This document shows positions 26,592 through 39,454 of a stretch of 64,000 nt of DNA, piece by piece. The DNA is from Patescibacteria group bacterium (lineage in GTDB: Bacteria; Patescibacteriota; Patescibacteriia; UBA9570; JAHJKD01). Each line of letters starts with the position of its first letter. The stretch's first letter is position 1. A program made the position numbers and the translations under genes. The DNA is taken from the NCBI GenBank assembly GCA_018822435.1, contig JAHJKD010000049.1:6511-70510 (forward strand), in the 5' to 3' direction. Under the pieces are notes generated by a model that saw only the letters and a list, made by a program, of their open reading frames with translations, did not search any database and was not told the DNA's origin.

Positions 26592-29144
26592 TTATATAAA
26601 ACTCTCAGGACCGGTCAAGTCAGCCCCTCCGCCCAAGCGATCAAGCTGCCCTCTTTCGGCAATTTCCGCTTCCACAATAGCGCGATCACGGCCGAATTTA
26701 AGCCGGGAAAGCTGTTTGAGATTTTCTGCAATTTTGAGGTCACCAGGCGGCGGCATGATGGTTTTCATGTTAAATGGCCTTGAAGCAGTATTTTCAATCA
26801 GTAATTTGATATTAGCAGTGAATTTCTCCACATTAATAACGTCATTTTCATTAAATATAGGCGCGAATTCTTTAGCCAGGGTTTCCGCGTCTTCTACGCC
26901 AATACGGAATGAAATAATAGTACCGGCATTACCAAAGACAGCGTCTCTGATTTTAGTATCGTCCTTATTAACAAGCTGACTGACGTACTGATGGGCCAGG
27001 ATAAGGTCAAGCTTGTATTTTCTGGCTTCTGATAAAATCGTGGCAATCGAGTCAGTCGTATAGTTTTGGAACTCATCAATATATAAATAAAAATCCTTGC
27101 GCTTTTCTTTGGCCATGGTGGCCCGGCTCATGGCCGCCATCTGTAATTTGGAAACCATGATCAAACCAAGCAAAGAACTATTTACTTCCCCGACTGTGCC
27201 CTTACAAAGATTGACCAGGCAAATCTTCTGATTATCCATAATATCTTTAAAATTGAAACCAGATTTGTCCTGGCCGACGATATTGCGCATCATGTCATTA
27301 GTAAGGAAACGGCCGATCTTGGAAATAACGTAAGAGAGCATATCCGCGGCTTGCTGGCCAGACTGCGACTGCTCGTATTCCTGCTGCCAGAAATTCTTAA
27401 CAATTGGATTAGTAACATTCTTAACTTTATCCGCCCGGAATTTTTCATCAGTGAACATGCGCGGCACTTCAATAATGGTGGCGCCAGTGTCCTTGTCTTC
27501 CATTAATGCCAGCATGGCATTTCTCATGTAATGCTCGAACATAGGGCCGATCATTTCCTCGCCGAACAGCTTATAAAAAATGGCGATCATTTCCTGGACG
27601 GCAAAATCCTTTTGTTCATTAGAATCATATTCCATCATATTCAGGCCGACTGGCCTTTCAATGTCTGAAGGATTGAAGATAACAACGTCATCGGCACGTT
27701 CTTTAGGAATATGAGGCAAAACATCCTCGATCAAGTCGCCATGCGGATCAATAATGCCAACGCCCTCCCCATTCTGAATATCCTGAATAGCCATATTAGA
27801 CAGAAGAACAGATTTACCAGAACCAGAACGACCGATTACATAAACATGGCGCTGCCTATCTGGCCGTAAAATCCGCACTTGAGTAGTTTTTCCACGATAA
27901 TCAACTTCTCCCAGAATAACGCCCTCTTTGGGCATATTAAATGGCGGCGCTGCTTTCTTAGCCATGAGCCAACGAATATTCGGAGTTTCCGTAGTCGGCA
28001 GAGGCATATGATAAAGCGAGGTCAATTCTTTTGCATTCAGGATGTAATCGCCTTTTTCATGAAAATTTCGGTAAATAAAGTCATTGATCAATTCTTTGTC
28101 AGCGGAGGGATTATTGGCTTCAAAAGAATTGCCATATTCATGGCCGGAATACTGGGCAAATGCATTGACGATGTTATTGCATTTAAATTCCGCTATTTCT
28201 TTTGTGCCGGCTGAGGCAATAACCCGGATATTTGTTTCAAAACCGGCATGGGAGACTTTGTCTTCCAGAGATTTGACAGTTTCTTCTTCCATGGGGGACA
28301 GGCGGTATTCGCGGTCTGTTTTAATATCCAAACCCTGATCATATTTACGGGCACGATTCAGGAAAACGCGACGAAAATATAACCAGAATTTTGTGATGCC
28401 GCTGCCGACAACCTCTTTTTTAGCCTGAGAATATTTTTTTCCCTGTTGCATGACTGTGGCAATCCGGGCTGGCGCGTATTGCCACCTTTTCGGAGCAGAA
28501 CGAATAACATACTGGATAGCTGCCCCTTCGCCTTTCTCAAACTTGGAAAGGGCATTGGTCAGAGCGCTGAGAGGATCAGACTCCAGCTTGTCATAAGTAT
28601 TAATAGGGAAAAATTCTTCATTTGATAGTTTTAAACGCGAGGCAACCACAGCGCCCTGAGGATTGAAAATATTAAAATCATCAACTTCTTCAATAACTGA
28701 ATCTTCATACTGGGCCTGAATCTGTTGTTCCAATAATTTTTTTAAATAGGCCGGGCAAGTAGCAAAAAAACTTATCATTTGCTCTTCATCAGCCACAATC
28801 TCAAAAGTGAGATGGTCGTTGCGTCCGTACCAGAATGCTTCCCAGCCTCTTTGCGGCTTTAATCCGCCGAGCGTCGTATATATTGTTTCGGCGACGGAAA
28901 TAGACTGATACACGCTTTCACGCCGGAAAGAAGGATTGTCAGATTGCTGTTCCTTGGGTTCGTTCTTGGGGACTTTGATCAGGATCATCTTGCGGTGAAA
29001 AGCCTCTGGTTTTTTGACTAGATTTCTAGTAACAGTTCTAAGTAAAAAAACAACTCCCGTAAATATTAAAAACAAAACAATCACTCCTAAGAGGAGGAGG
29101 AATATTGGTGATTCAATGATTTGAAAGATGAAATTTATGTTCAT
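26592..29144 (-). CDS. Membrane-anchored FtsK/HerA-superfamily P-loop ATPase (VirB4/VirD4/TraG-like)
   Basis: N-terminal TM; Walker A VIGRSGSGKS; IIDPHGD; Walker B YIDEFQN; ARKYKLDLILAHQ. Confidence 0.6.
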   Translation of the reverse strand: MNINFIFQIIESPIFLLLLGVIVLFLIFTGVVFLLRTVTRNLVKKPEAFHRKMILIKVPKNEPKEQQSDNPSFRRESVYQSISVAETIYTTLGGLKPQRGWEAFWYGRNDHLTFEIVADEEQMISFFATCPAYLKKLLEQQIQAQYEDSVIEEVDDFNIFNPQGAVVASRLKLSNEEFFPINTYDKLESDPLSALTNALSKFEKGEGAAIQYVIRSAPKRWQYAPARIATVMQQGKKYSQAKKEVVGSGITKFWLYFRRVFLNRARKYDQGLDIKTDREYRLSPMEEETVKSLEDKVSHAGFETNIRVIASAGTKEIAEFKCNNIVNAFAQYSGHEYGNSFEANNPSADKELINDFIYRNFHEKGDYILNAKELTSLYHMPLPTTETPNIRWLMAKKAAPPFNMPKEGVILGEVDYRGKTTQVRILRPDRQRHVYVIGRSGSGKSVLLSNMAIQDIQNGEGVGIIDPHGDLIEDVLPHIPKERADDVVIFNPSDIERPVGLNMMEYDSNEQKDFAVQEMIAIFYKLFGEEMIGPMFEHYMRNAMLALMEDKDTGATIIEVPRMFTDEKFRADKVKNVTNPIVKNFWQQEYEQSQSGQQAADMLSYVISKIGRFLTNDMMRNIVGQDKSGFNFKDIMDNQKICLVNLCKGTVGEVNSSLLGLIMVSKLQMAAMSRATMAKEKRKDFYLYIDEFQNYTTDSIATILSEARKYKLDLILAHQYVSQLVNKDDTKIRDAVFGNAGTIISFRIGVEDAETLAKEFAPIFNENDVINVEKFTANIKLLIENTASRPFNMKTIMPPPGDLKIAENLKQLSRLKFGRDRAIVEAEIAERGQLDRLGGGADLTGPESFI

Positions 29145-29674
29145 GCCTTATTTTTTTCACGATTTCTTACTTCCGCAGCCAGGTCCATGATTTCTTCAGT
29201 TTTTTTCTTAGACTCTTGTTCCAGGTAGAACTTATTAGCCCGGGGAATTAAAAAAAGCCAGGACTTGATAAGGTTTAGCACCTTGCCAGCCTTGGCTTTC
29301 ATGCTGAGCACTAATTCCTCGATTTTATCGTTAACTTCAATGCCTTTTTCGCGGAACCGGTTTTGTTCATCCGTATTCATGGTCTGATAGATCTCCCGGA
29401 CATCTTCCTGCATTATTGCTTCAATTTGTTGACGGGTTGGAGTTTTTTTGCCAGACACAGACGCATCTGCAGGCGCAGGCTTGCTTTTTTTACCTTTTTT
29501 TGGGACAGGTGCTGCCTCTTTTTCCTTTTCTACAGGCAATGCTTCCGGCACTTCAGTTTCGAACTTTTTTTCCCTAATTTCAGGCTTAGCTGGTTTTTCC
29601 GGACCTTTTGTCACAGAAACCTCTGGGGCTTCATGTTCCAGATTGTTTATTGTCCTAAATTGAGGCTTTGCCAT
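29141..29674 (-). CDS. Lys/Glu-rich hypothetical protein, translationally coupled to the ATPase
   Basis: 4-nt overlap with downstream ATPase gene. Confidence 0.4.
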   Translation of the reverse strand: MAKPQFRTINNLEHEAPEVSVTKGPEKPAKPEIREKKFETEVPEALPVEKEKEAAPVPKKGKKSKPAPADASVSGKKTPTRQQIEAIMQEDVREIYQTMNTDEQNRFREKGIEVNDKIEELVLSMKAKAGKVLNLIKSWLFLIPRANKFYLEQESKKKTEEIMDLAAEVRNREKNKA

Positions 29675-29779
29675 TGATTTTTATTTTTATTGATTGCCAT
29701 TAAAATATAACACTTTTTATCAAAATAAACAACAAATAGATTTGACTTAAAGGCAAATTTGTGATACAATATATATACT

Positions 29780-30709
29780 ATGGGTAAAATACAAGAAATA
29801 AAATTCAACAGTCAAAAATGGGTTAACATTGAAAACCCTACTAAAGAAGATATGAATAAAATACGGGAGGAATATAAATTCCATCCTCTTGATATGGAAG
29901 ATGTCATATATCCAACGCAAAGATCCAAGATAGACAAATATAGGAATTATTTTTTCCTGATCCTTATGTTCCCTGTTTATAACCGGGAAACCAAGGAAAT
30001 TGACCCGACTGAAGTTGATTTTTTTGTGAGCAAGGATTTTGTCGTTACGATCCATCATGGCAATTTACCGCCGATAATTGACCTGTTCCAGATCTGCCAG
30101 TCAAATGATTCAGCCCGGGAAAATACCTTCGGCGGTTCAACAGACATGCTCCTTTATAATATCCTGAAAAAACTGCATCTTTATATTTACCCCATGCTTG
30201 ACCATGTTTCTCTGGACATCGCTGATATCAAAACGCACATATTTACGGGCAAGGAAAAGGAAATGGTCAAACAGATCCTGGAGATCCGCCGCAACATCAC
30301 TGATTTCCGAAAAATCATGGACGCGCATGAAGCCACTATTTCTCGCCTTCTTAAAAAAGGCACGGGTGTTTACCATGTAGATGAGAAATATCAAGATTAT
30401 TTTGACGACCTGATAGACTATACCAAAGAGATCTGGGACCAATTAGGGACTTTCAAAGAAGCGATTGAAGCCCTGCATGAGACAAATGAATCTTTGATAA
30501 GCTTTCGCCTTAATGACGTCATGAAAATTCTGACTATCTTCTCGGTCGTGCTGCTGCCGGCGACAGTGATCACTTCCCTTTTCGGGGTCAATGCCAAGTC
30601 CATGCCTCTCGCGAGCCATCCGAACGGCTTCTGGGCCATCTTCGGCATTACCATGCTGGCCTCGGCCATGACTCTCATTTATATCTGGAAAAAACACTGG
30701 ACTAAATAA
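29780..30709 (+). CDS. corA: CorA/MIT-family divalent cation (Mg2+) transporter
   Basis: Cytoplasmic domain + two C-terminal TM helices with GVN variant of the GMN motif. Confidence 0.65.
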   Translation: MGKIQEIKFNSQKWVNIENPTKEDMNKIREEYKFHPLDMEDVIYPTQRSKIDKYRNYFFLILMFPVYNRETKEIDPTEVDFFVSKDFVVTIHHGNLPPIIDLFQICQSNDSARENTFGGSTDMLLYNILKKLHLYIYPMLDHVSLDIADIKTHIFTGKEKEMVKQILEIRRNITDFRKIMDAHEATISRLLKKGTGVYHVDEKYQDYFDDLIDYTKEIWDQLGTFKEAIEALHETNESLISFRLNDVMKILTIFSVVLLPATVITSLFGVNAKSMPLASHPNGFWAIFGITMLASAMTLIYIWKKHWTK

Positions 30710-30714
30710 AATTT

Positions 30715-31293
30715 ATGAATGAAAGAAAAATATTCAATCCAAAGGAGGAATTTCCGGAAGTGGAAGCGCCGCCTGACACGCAGGAGCTGGATCTTGAAGA
30801 GGAGCCAACGGAAGATCTAGAGACGACTGAAGAGTTGGAACAAACTGAAGAAAATATTGATGAGCTTGCTTTGGAAAGCATGGATGATACTGAACATGAA
30901 GAAAAAGAACTAGCTGAAGGATTAGTAGAATTTTTTGTAGATAATGATGATACTAATCTTACGGATTTTATTAATGAAGCAAATGAAGATACCTTTAAAT
31001 TTCTTGTTAATGATGATCGATTTATGGAGGAAATTGCCCGAGCCATCAACGATAAATGGAAGGCGGAAATGAAATCTTTTGGAGATAAAATTAAAATGGC
31101 AAATATCCGTTTGCATTATTTTGAAGACTTAAACGTTGAAACATTACTGGCGACCGGAGAAATAAAAAATAAAAGTAAAAATAAATTTCTATTGGCGCGC
31201 CAGGCCGTTCAAAAAATTGTTCATGCTTTAGTAAAGGTGGCTAGGCCGGCCATAGACAAAAGTGCAGATCCTGAAGACGAATTTTTTAGATAA
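30715..31293 (+). CDS. Highly acidic hypothetical protein
   Basis: ORF, D/E-rich N-terminus. Confidence 0.4.
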   Translation: MNERKIFNPKEEFPEVEAPPDTQELDLEEEPTEDLETTEELEQTEENIDELALESMDDTEHEEKELAEGLVEFFVDNDDTNLTDFINEANEDTFKFLVNDDRFMEEIARAINDKWKAEMKSFGDKIKMANIRLHYFEDLNVETLLATGEIKNKSKNKFLLARQAVQKIVHALVKVARPAIDKSADPEDEFFR

Positions 31294-31301
31294 TTATATA
31301 T

Positions 31302-32114
31302 ATGGCTGAACCAATAGGAAAACAACCACCGAGAAGGAGGGAACCAACTGATCCTGATCTAGAGGAAACAGGCTATATTGAAGATCCTTCTGAAGACACA
31401 GAAGAAGATAGTGATCTGGATGTTATTGATGGAAGTGAATTAGAATTTCTGGTTCCGGAAGAAAAAGTTGAAGAAGAAACAAGAGATAGCATGGATGAAA
31501 GCGAAAAGCCGCCGATCGTATTGGGAGCAGATGAACAAATGGAAGTTGCTCCACATAAACGAACGACCTGGGATGATGAGGAAGAAATGACCCAATTCGG
31601 GGATGATGATGCCCTGTATATCGGCAAGGGTTTTGCCCAAGAATTAAAAACTAATGAACAGCTTGATGTGGTTGATAAAAAACTGATTACCAGAGTTGTT
31701 GTTACTTTGGGCGCTTACGTTGACAAAGCCATGGATGAAGTATTCCATATAAATTCATTTGCCGGCGGTGAAACGTTAGCAAATATTACAATGGATGTGC
31801 GCCGGGCGGATCGAATCCAAAAAGTCTCAATTTTTTTACATAGAAACGTTGAGAATTTATCTAAAGATTTTGCCGACATAATTGAACTGGAAATGAATAA
31901 TATTGAAGCAAACTCTGGCATGAAAATATCTCCCAAGCAAAAAATATATGAAGTAACTTTGATTTTCGATAAAATAAGAGAACAACTTGAAACTGATGTC
32001 TTAAATAAATACCTGACTGGTGAAGATAAAAAATTTATAACAAATCTGGAATTTTCCTTAGATAAGGCATTAAGCCGGGCCCAAGAAAAACTGGCGAAAT
32101 CATTCCGGGAATAG
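31302..32114 (+). CDS. Acidic hypothetical protein
   Basis: ORF, same strand and spacing as preceding. Confidence 0.4.
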   Translation: MAEPIGKQPPRRREPTDPDLEETGYIEDPSEDTEEDSDLDVIDGSELEFLVPEEKVEEETRDSMDESEKPPIVLGADEQMEVAPHKRTTWDDEEEMTQFGDDDALYIGKGFAQELKTNEQLDVVDKKLITRVVVTLGAYVDKAMDEVFHINSFAGGETLANITMDVRRADRIQKVSIFLHRNVENLSKDFADIIELEMNNIEANSGMKISPKQKIYEVTLIFDKIREQLETDVLNKYLTGEDKKFITNLEFSLDKALSRAQEKLAKSFRE

Positions 32115-32126
32115 TATAATATTTAC

Positions 32127-33521
32127 ATGAACAAAAAACTTCGCTTATACAATACTCTGACCAGGAAAAAGGAAGGATTCAAAGAAATCAACGACATGAA
32201 AGTCGGGCTATATACTTGTGGCCCGACTGTTTATAATTTTGCCCATATCGGCAATCTTCGCACTTATATATTTGAAGACGTCTTGAGACGGGTTTTGGAA
32301 TATAATGGCTATAAAGTCAATCATGTCATGAATATCACTGACGTAGGGCATCTTACTTCTGATGCCGATGAAGGTGAGGACAAGATGGAAAAGGGCGCGG
32401 CCAGAGAAAAAAAGTCTGTCTGGGATATTGCGAAAGAGTATGAAGAAACCTTTTTTAATGATTTAGAGGAATTGAATATAGAGATGCCGCATGCCAAGCC
32501 GAAAGCGACCGACCACATTACTGACCAGATGGAACTGATCCAGAAACTTGAAGAAAAAGGTTTTACTTATAAAACTTCAGACGGAATTTATTTTGATACA
32601 TCTAAATTAAAAGATTACGGGAAATTGGCCAAGCTGGATATAGCTGGCCTGGAAGAAGGCGCCCGGGTAGAAAAAAATCCCGAGAAGAAGAATGTGACTG
32701 ATTTTGCCTTATGGAAATTCTCACCTAAAGACAGTAAAAGAGAAATGGAATGGGACTCCCCTTGGGGCACCGGCTTTCCGGGATGGCACTTGGAATGTTC
32801 GGCCATGAGCACGAAGTTCCTGGGCCAGCCATTTGATATCCATGCCGGGGGCGTTGACCATGTGCCGGTTCACCATACAAATGAAATTGCCCAAAGCGAG
32901 GCCGCCGCAGACAAGGCCATGGCCAATTATTGGCTGCATGGAGAATTCCTGATCATGGATAAAGCTAAAATGGCTAAATCCAAAGGTGAATTCGTGACCT
33001 TGGATGTACTTAAAGAAAAAGGCTTTCATCCCCTCACCTATCGCTATTTCTGCTTAGGAGCGCACTACAGAAAAAAGCTGAACTTTTCTTGGCGCGCCTT
33101 AGAAGGAGCTGAAAATGCTTTAAAGAAATTATATGCGGCCATTTATGACTATGATGACCCGACCGAAGTAGATACGACTTATAAAGAAAAGTTTGTTGCC
33201 CACATCAACAATGATCTGGATATGCCGGGCGTACTGGCCCTGATGTGGGAATTGGTCAAATCTGACATGGAATCGTCAAAAAAACTGGCGACGCTTTATG
33301 AATTTGATAAAGTCCTAGGACTTTCCATAAGAGACGAGTTTGAAAAAGACGAAGAAGAAAAAGCGGAAATTCCTGATACAATTATTACCCTGGCAGAACA
33401 AAGACAAATGGCTCGCGACGAAAAAGAATGGAATGCGGCTGATGACCTGAGAATTCAAATTGAAAAAAAAGGCTATTCTATTGAAGATACAAAAGACGGT
33501 TGGGATTTAAAAAAGAAATAA
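32127..33521 (+). CDS. cysS: Cysteine--tRNA ligase
   Basis: HIGN (HIGH) and KMAKSKG (KMSKS) motifs, CGPTVY start. Confidence 0.9.
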   Translation: MNKKLRLYNTLTRKKEGFKEINDMKVGLYTCGPTVYNFAHIGNLRTYIFEDVLRRVLEYNGYKVNHVMNITDVGHLTSDADEGEDKMEKGAAREKKSVWDIAKEYEETFFNDLEELNIEMPHAKPKATDHITDQMELIQKLEEKGFTYKTSDGIYFDTSKLKDYGKLAKLDIAGLEEGARVEKNPEKKNVTDFALWKFSPKDSKREMEWDSPWGTGFPGWHLECSAMSTKFLGQPFDIHAGGVDHVPVHHTNEIAQSEAAADKAMANYWLHGEFLIMDKAKMAKSKGEFVTLDVLKEKGFHPLTYRYFCLGAHYRKKLNFSWRALEGAENALKKLYAAIYDYDDPTEVDTTYKEKFVAHINNDLDMPGVLALMWELVKSDMESSKKLATLYEFDKVLGLSIRDEFEKDEEEKAEIPDTIITLAEQRQMARDEKEWNAADDLRIQIEKKGYSIEDTKDGWDLKKK

Positions 33522-33531
33522 AAAATAACAC

Positions 33532-34401
33532 ATGGGCTTTTTAGCCATTGCCATCGGCGCATTTCTATTTTCTCTTGTTGATGTCGGCCGGAAAAAATTA
33601 ATAACCAAGCGAAATACCTACATAACCATATGGGGTGTTTTTTTATGTTCACTTCCCCTTCTTATTATTCTTTCCATCATTTTCGGTTTTCCGGAAAGTA
33701 TTGGCTGGTTATTTTGGCCACTTGTACTTATTGTTATTGCGGCTATTTCCGTGGGAGAAGTTTTTCTTTACAAAGCCATTAAATATTCTGATCTCTCTGA
33801 TGTGATTCCATTTACGGCTTTCACGCCGGCTTTTTTAATTTTGACTTCCTGGATCATTCTCGGTGAATTGCCGAACCTTTGGGGCGCTTTAGGAATCAGC
33901 ATTACTGTTCTGGGGGCCTGGATCCATAATATGAAAGACCTGAAAAAGGGCTGGCTGGCGCCTCTGACACATATTTATAGACATAAAGGCGAAAGGTATA
34001 TAATTTTTATTGGTTTAATTTGGAGTGTGACTGGTCCTCTGGCTAAACTAGCGATATTTGAATCTTCAGAATTATTTTTTACTTTAGTATTTTGTACTGG
34101 CTTAGCTCTGGTTTTTACAGTAATAGTTTTACTTAAATATAGAGATAAAATCAAAGAACAATTTCTTAAACATATCTGGAAGTTTTTAATTGTTGGCTCC
34201 CTGTGGGCCATGGCAGCCTGGCTGGAAATGATAGCTATGGCCAAGCTTCTTGTGCCATATGTGGGGGCTATAAAACAAACTAGATCACTTTATTCCACCA
34301 TCTGGGGGAAAGTGATATTCAAAGAAAAAAATATAAAACCGCGCCTGGTCGGTGCGGTCGTTATGGTTATCGGAGCGATATTAATTGTGGTATTGGGTTA
34401 A
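33532..34401 (+). CDS. EamA/DMT-family transporter
   Basis: 10 TM helices in 5+5 arrangement. Confidence 0.65.
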   Translation: MGFLAIAIGAFLFSLVDVGRKKLITKRNTYITIWGVFLCSLPLLIILSIIFGFPESIGWLFWPLVLIVIAAISVGEVFLYKAIKYSDLSDVIPFTAFTPAFLILTSWIILGELPNLWGALGISITVLGAWIHNMKDLKKGWLAPLTHIYRHKGERYIIFIGLIWSVTGPLAKLAIFESSELFFTLVFCTGLALVFTVIVLLKYRDKIKEQFLKHIWKFLIVGSLWAMAAWLEMIAMAKLLVPYVGAIKQTRSLYSTIWGKVIFKEKNIKPRLVGAVVMVIGAILIVVLG

Positions 34402-35129
34402 TCGTCCTTAACGCCTTTTCTTCCTAAAACAATCATAGCCACAATCGGGGCGATGATCCAGCCGAAGTAAGCCCATTGATTGGTGAAGATTTCTATTGTA
34501 AGGGGTGAAAATTTACTTAATATTTCCGGAGGCATGAATGACATGGCCACGGCAATTATCAGGCCGACATGCAGAAAAGAGAAAACCACGGTCTGGATAA
34601 TGCCGCCGTCTGAATTTAAAGAAAGAGAACGGGACAAAGCCATGCGGGACATTAAAAAGAACATGCCCACAAATACGGCCAGGAATGTAGTTATCTGAAA
34701 AGCAAAGCCGCCCTGGAGATTTACATTTACAATAACATCAGGTAAAGCAGCTGTCACAGCCAGGGCGATATAGATACTCATTAAAATAGATATGATTCTG
34801 TCTCTGCCCAGAGACAAACCATAAAGCAGGGCGCCGACCACAAAAAAGCCGACCAGCATCATGTCCCAGGTCGGATTATTATAATCTAAATTCTTAAAAT
34901 CAATATCTTTAAAAGATTTTATATCAGAAGTCTGGATAGTGATCTCTTCTGTGTCTTTTTTACCACTATCTTTTTCCTTTTTTGTACCTTCTTTCTTTGT
35001 TTCTTCCTTTTTCTCGGTTTCTTTTTTGTTTGTTTCGTCAGAAGGAGCAGTAATCTTTATCTTGGGGATATCAATTTCCTTTTCTTTGGCTGCTAATTGT
35101 ACTACTTCTTCTTGTAGAGTTGCCTCCAT
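34398..35129 (-). CDS. Membrane protein with Lys/Glu-rich N-terminal region
   Basis: ORF, 4 TM helices. Confidence 0.4.
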   Translation of the reverse strand: MEATLQEEVVQLAAKEKEIDIPKIKITAPSDETNKKETEKKEETKKEGTKKEKDSGKKDTEEITIQTSDIKSFKDIDFKNLDYNNPTWDMMLVGFFVVGALLYGLSLGRDRIISILMSIYIALAVTAALPDVIVNVNLQGGFAFQITTFLAVFVGMFFLMSRMALSRSLSLNSDGGIIQTVVFSFLHVGLIIAVAMSFMPPEILSKFSPLTIEIFTNQWAYFGWIIAPIVAMIVLGRKGVKDD

Positions 35130-35172
35130 TTTTGTAGCTTAGGATTTTATCCTTTATATTATAGCATATTTT

Positions 35173-36306
35173 TTAACTCTCATCAAACTCCATTAATAGC
35201 TTTTTCTGCTTTCGGGAGAGTTTTGTGGGGGTTTTTACTATAACTTCGACTAATTGATCCCCTCTTCCGGAAGAGTGTAATTTGGGGATGCCTTTATTTT
35301 TAAGTTTAAATATCTTGCCTGATTGGGTTCCCGCTGGAATCTTTAATTCGCCCTGGCCATCTAAGGTTTTCACTTCGATTTTCGTACCCATGGTTGCAGC
35401 CGGAAAACTAATTTCAGCTTTAGTCAGTACATCAAAGTCCTGCCTTTCAAAATTCGGGTCCGGTTTTACAATTACATTTACATATAAATCCCCGGCTTGG
35501 CCGCCGCCTGAACCAGCCTCTCCTTGACCAGTTAGCCGGATGGCTTGGTCATTGTCAATGCCGGCCGGGATCTTAACTTTTACCTTGACATTGTCTTTAA
35601 TATTGCCTTCACCGTTGCATTTGCTGCATTTCTTTTCCGGGATCTTGCCTTCGCCCTGGCAGGCCGGGCAGACAGCCTGGCTGCGCATGACGCCTAAAAT
35701 TGTCTGGGATTGTTTTTCCACGACACCGCGGCCACTGCATTCCTGACAATCTTTAATAGGCGTCCCAGGTTCAGCTTTGTTGCCATGGCAATGCGGGCAT
35801 TTGATTGTTTTATATAATTCCATTTCTTGTTCCGTGCCAAAGACGGCATCTTTAAAAGGAAGTTCGACTGTGACTTGGATGTCATTGCCATGCGCAACGC
35901 CAGCTTTTCTGCGGGAGCGTCCGCCAAAACCAAAGCCGCTGAATATTTCGGAAAAGATATCGCCCAGGTCGCCCATGTCCACTTGACCGCCGCTAAAACC
36001 TTGGGCACCGCCAAAACCGCCTTGCTGGCCGCCGCCTTGCCGGGCGTAATTCATGAAGTCGTCCCAGTTCATGCCGCCGCCGAAGCCGCCTTGCTGGTCA
36101 AAGGTGGAGCCGAATTGGTCGAATTGCTTCCTTTTTTCTTCATTACCAAGAACCTGATAAGCTTCATTTATCTCTTTGAATTTCTCTTCATCACCGGTTT
36201 CTTTGTCGGGATGGTATTTGTGCGCGGCCTTGCGAAAGGCTTTTTTGATGTCTTCCTGCGGGGCGTCTTTGGCTACTCCCAGGATTTCGTAATAGTCTTT
36301 GCCCAT
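35173..36306 (-). CDS. dnaJ: Chaperone DnaJ (J domain, G/F region, 4x CxxCxGxG zinc finger, C-terminal domain)
   Basis: HPD motif, four CxxCxG repeats. Confidence 0.9.
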   Translation of the reverse strand: MGKDYYEILGVAKDAPQEDIKKAFRKAAHKYHPDKETGDEEKFKEINEAYQVLGNEEKRKQFDQFGSTFDQQGGFGGGMNWDDFMNYARQGGGQQGGFGGAQGFSGGQVDMGDLGDIFSEIFSGFGFGGRSRRKAGVAHGNDIQVTVELPFKDAVFGTEQEMELYKTIKCPHCHGNKAEPGTPIKDCQECSGRGVVEKQSQTILGVMRSQAVCPACQGEGKIPEKKCSKCNGEGNIKDNVKVKVKIPAGIDNDQAIRLTGQGEAGSGGGQAGDLYVNVIVKPDPNFERQDFDVLTKAEISFPAATMGTKIEVKTLDGQGELKIPAGTQSGKIFKLKNKGIPKLHSSGRGDQLVEVIVKTPTKLSRKQKKLLMEFDES

Positions 36307-36330
36307 AATTGTCTTCAGTCGTGTATATAG

Positions 36331-36358
36331 GCGGATTTGTGAAATCCGCTTTCATTAC
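36331..36358 (-). promoter_or_regulatory. Conserved leader hairpin family B (GGCGGATTTGTGAAATCCGCTTTCA), copy 1; copy 2 at 47729-47757
   Basis: Near-identical palindromic element 15-25 nt upstream of two start codons. Confidence 0.55.
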
Positions 36359-36368
36359 TATGAATTAG

Positions 36369-36914
36369 TTATTTATCTATTGTATCATCTTTTGGCCCGC
36401 CGGTCAGGTCGTCGAGAAAATTGCCGAGGAGTTCGCCGTCGGTGAAGTCGCGGGCCATGTCCGCGGCCGCGTCCATGGCGCCGCCCACGGCCTTGCCCTG
36501 GGCTATGCCCATGGTCCTTTCCATGGTCTCTTCCACGGCCCTTTCCACCGGCATTTTCGGGGATTTCATGCCCAGGATGCCGGCAAATATCATCTGCAGG
36601 CCGGTGAAGTCAAAATCCGTGTCTTGGCTGGCCATGTTTACGGCCTGGCCATTGGCGAAATTCATGAAATCGTCCCAGTTCTTTTCTTTACCAAAACCAC
36701 CCTGTTCTTCAAAGCTGGCGCCGGTCTTATCATAATGCTTCTTTTTTTCCGGACTGCCCAGGACCTGATAAGCTTCGTTTATTTCCTTGAACTTAGCTTC
36801 GTCTCCCCCTTTGTCAGGATGATAGACTTTGGCCAATTTAATAAAAGCCTGTTTAATTTCTTCGGGGCTTGATTCGCGGGTTACGTTGAGGGTTTGGTAG
36901 TAGTCTTGGGGCAT
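36369..36914 (-). CDS. Chimeric J-domain protein: DnaJ-like N-terminal 90 aa (AT-rich) fused to a unique Ala/Met/Asp-rich GC-rich C-terminal tail
   Basis: About 60% identity to DnaJ residues 1-90 incl. HPD and NWDDFMN; GC content jumps after about codon 70. Confidence 0.7.
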   Translation of the reverse strand: MPQDYYQTLNVTRESSPEEIKQAFIKLAKVYHPDKGGDEAKFKEINEAYQVLGSPEKKKHYDKTGASFEEQGGFGKEKNWDDFMNFANGQAVNMASQDTDFDFTGLQMIFAGILGMKSPKMPVERAVEETMERTMGIAQGKAVGGAMDAAADMARDFTDGELLGNFLDDLTGGPKDDTIDK

Positions 36915-36935
36915 TATTTTATATTATGATCGTGC

Positions 36936-36967
36936 GTGAAGGCGGGCATGATAATGCCCGCCTTCAC
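36936..36967 (-). terminator. Intercistronic hairpin after dnaK (GUGAAGGCGGGCAU..AUGCCCGCCUUCAC), attenuator-like
   Basis: 14-bp stem between dnaK stop and J2 start. Confidence 0.45.
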
Positions 36968-36989
36968 ATTAATATAATATCGTTTATCT

Positions 36990-39020
<2,031 letters not shown>

Positions 39021-39031
39021 AAATAAATTAA

Positions 39032-39454
39032 TTAATCTTCTAACTGCACTTTAATAGACTTCTTTTTTGGCTCTTGTTTTTGTTTTTTTGGAACGGAGAT
39101 GGTGAGGATGCCTTTCTTGTAAGAAGCAGAGGCTTTGTCGCCATCGACTTCAACGGGGAAGGCAAATGAATTTTGAAATGCGCCGTATTGAACCTCCTGC
39201 CTATAATACTCTTTGTCATCTATTTCGCTTTTCTTCTCCGTAGTTCCCTTGATGGTGAGGATGTTGTCCTCAATGGACAGATCAACGTTCTTTTCATCAA
39301 ATCCAGCGACGGGGATTTCCACGACGATGTTGTTGTCTTTTTCGTAAACATCCATGGCCGGAGCCTGACTCTGGCCGCGGGCCATTTCTTCCATGTCCCA
39401 ATAGGGGGACCATTTGATCATTCTGTGCATATTATTTTTTCTCTTTAATGCCAT
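39032..39454 (-). CDS. Small heat-shock protein Hsp20 (alpha-crystallin domain); true start may be an internal Met
   Basis: ACD signature GILTISVPK; 23-nt overlap with grpE if first ATG is used. Confidence 0.8.
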   Translation of the reverse strand: MALKRKNNMHRMIKWSPYWDMEEMARGQSQAPAMDVYEKDNNIVVEIPVAGFDEKNVDLSIEDNILTIKGTTEKKSEIDDKEYYRQEVQYGAFQNSFAFPVEVDGDKASASYKKGILTISVPKKQKQEPKKKSIKVQLED

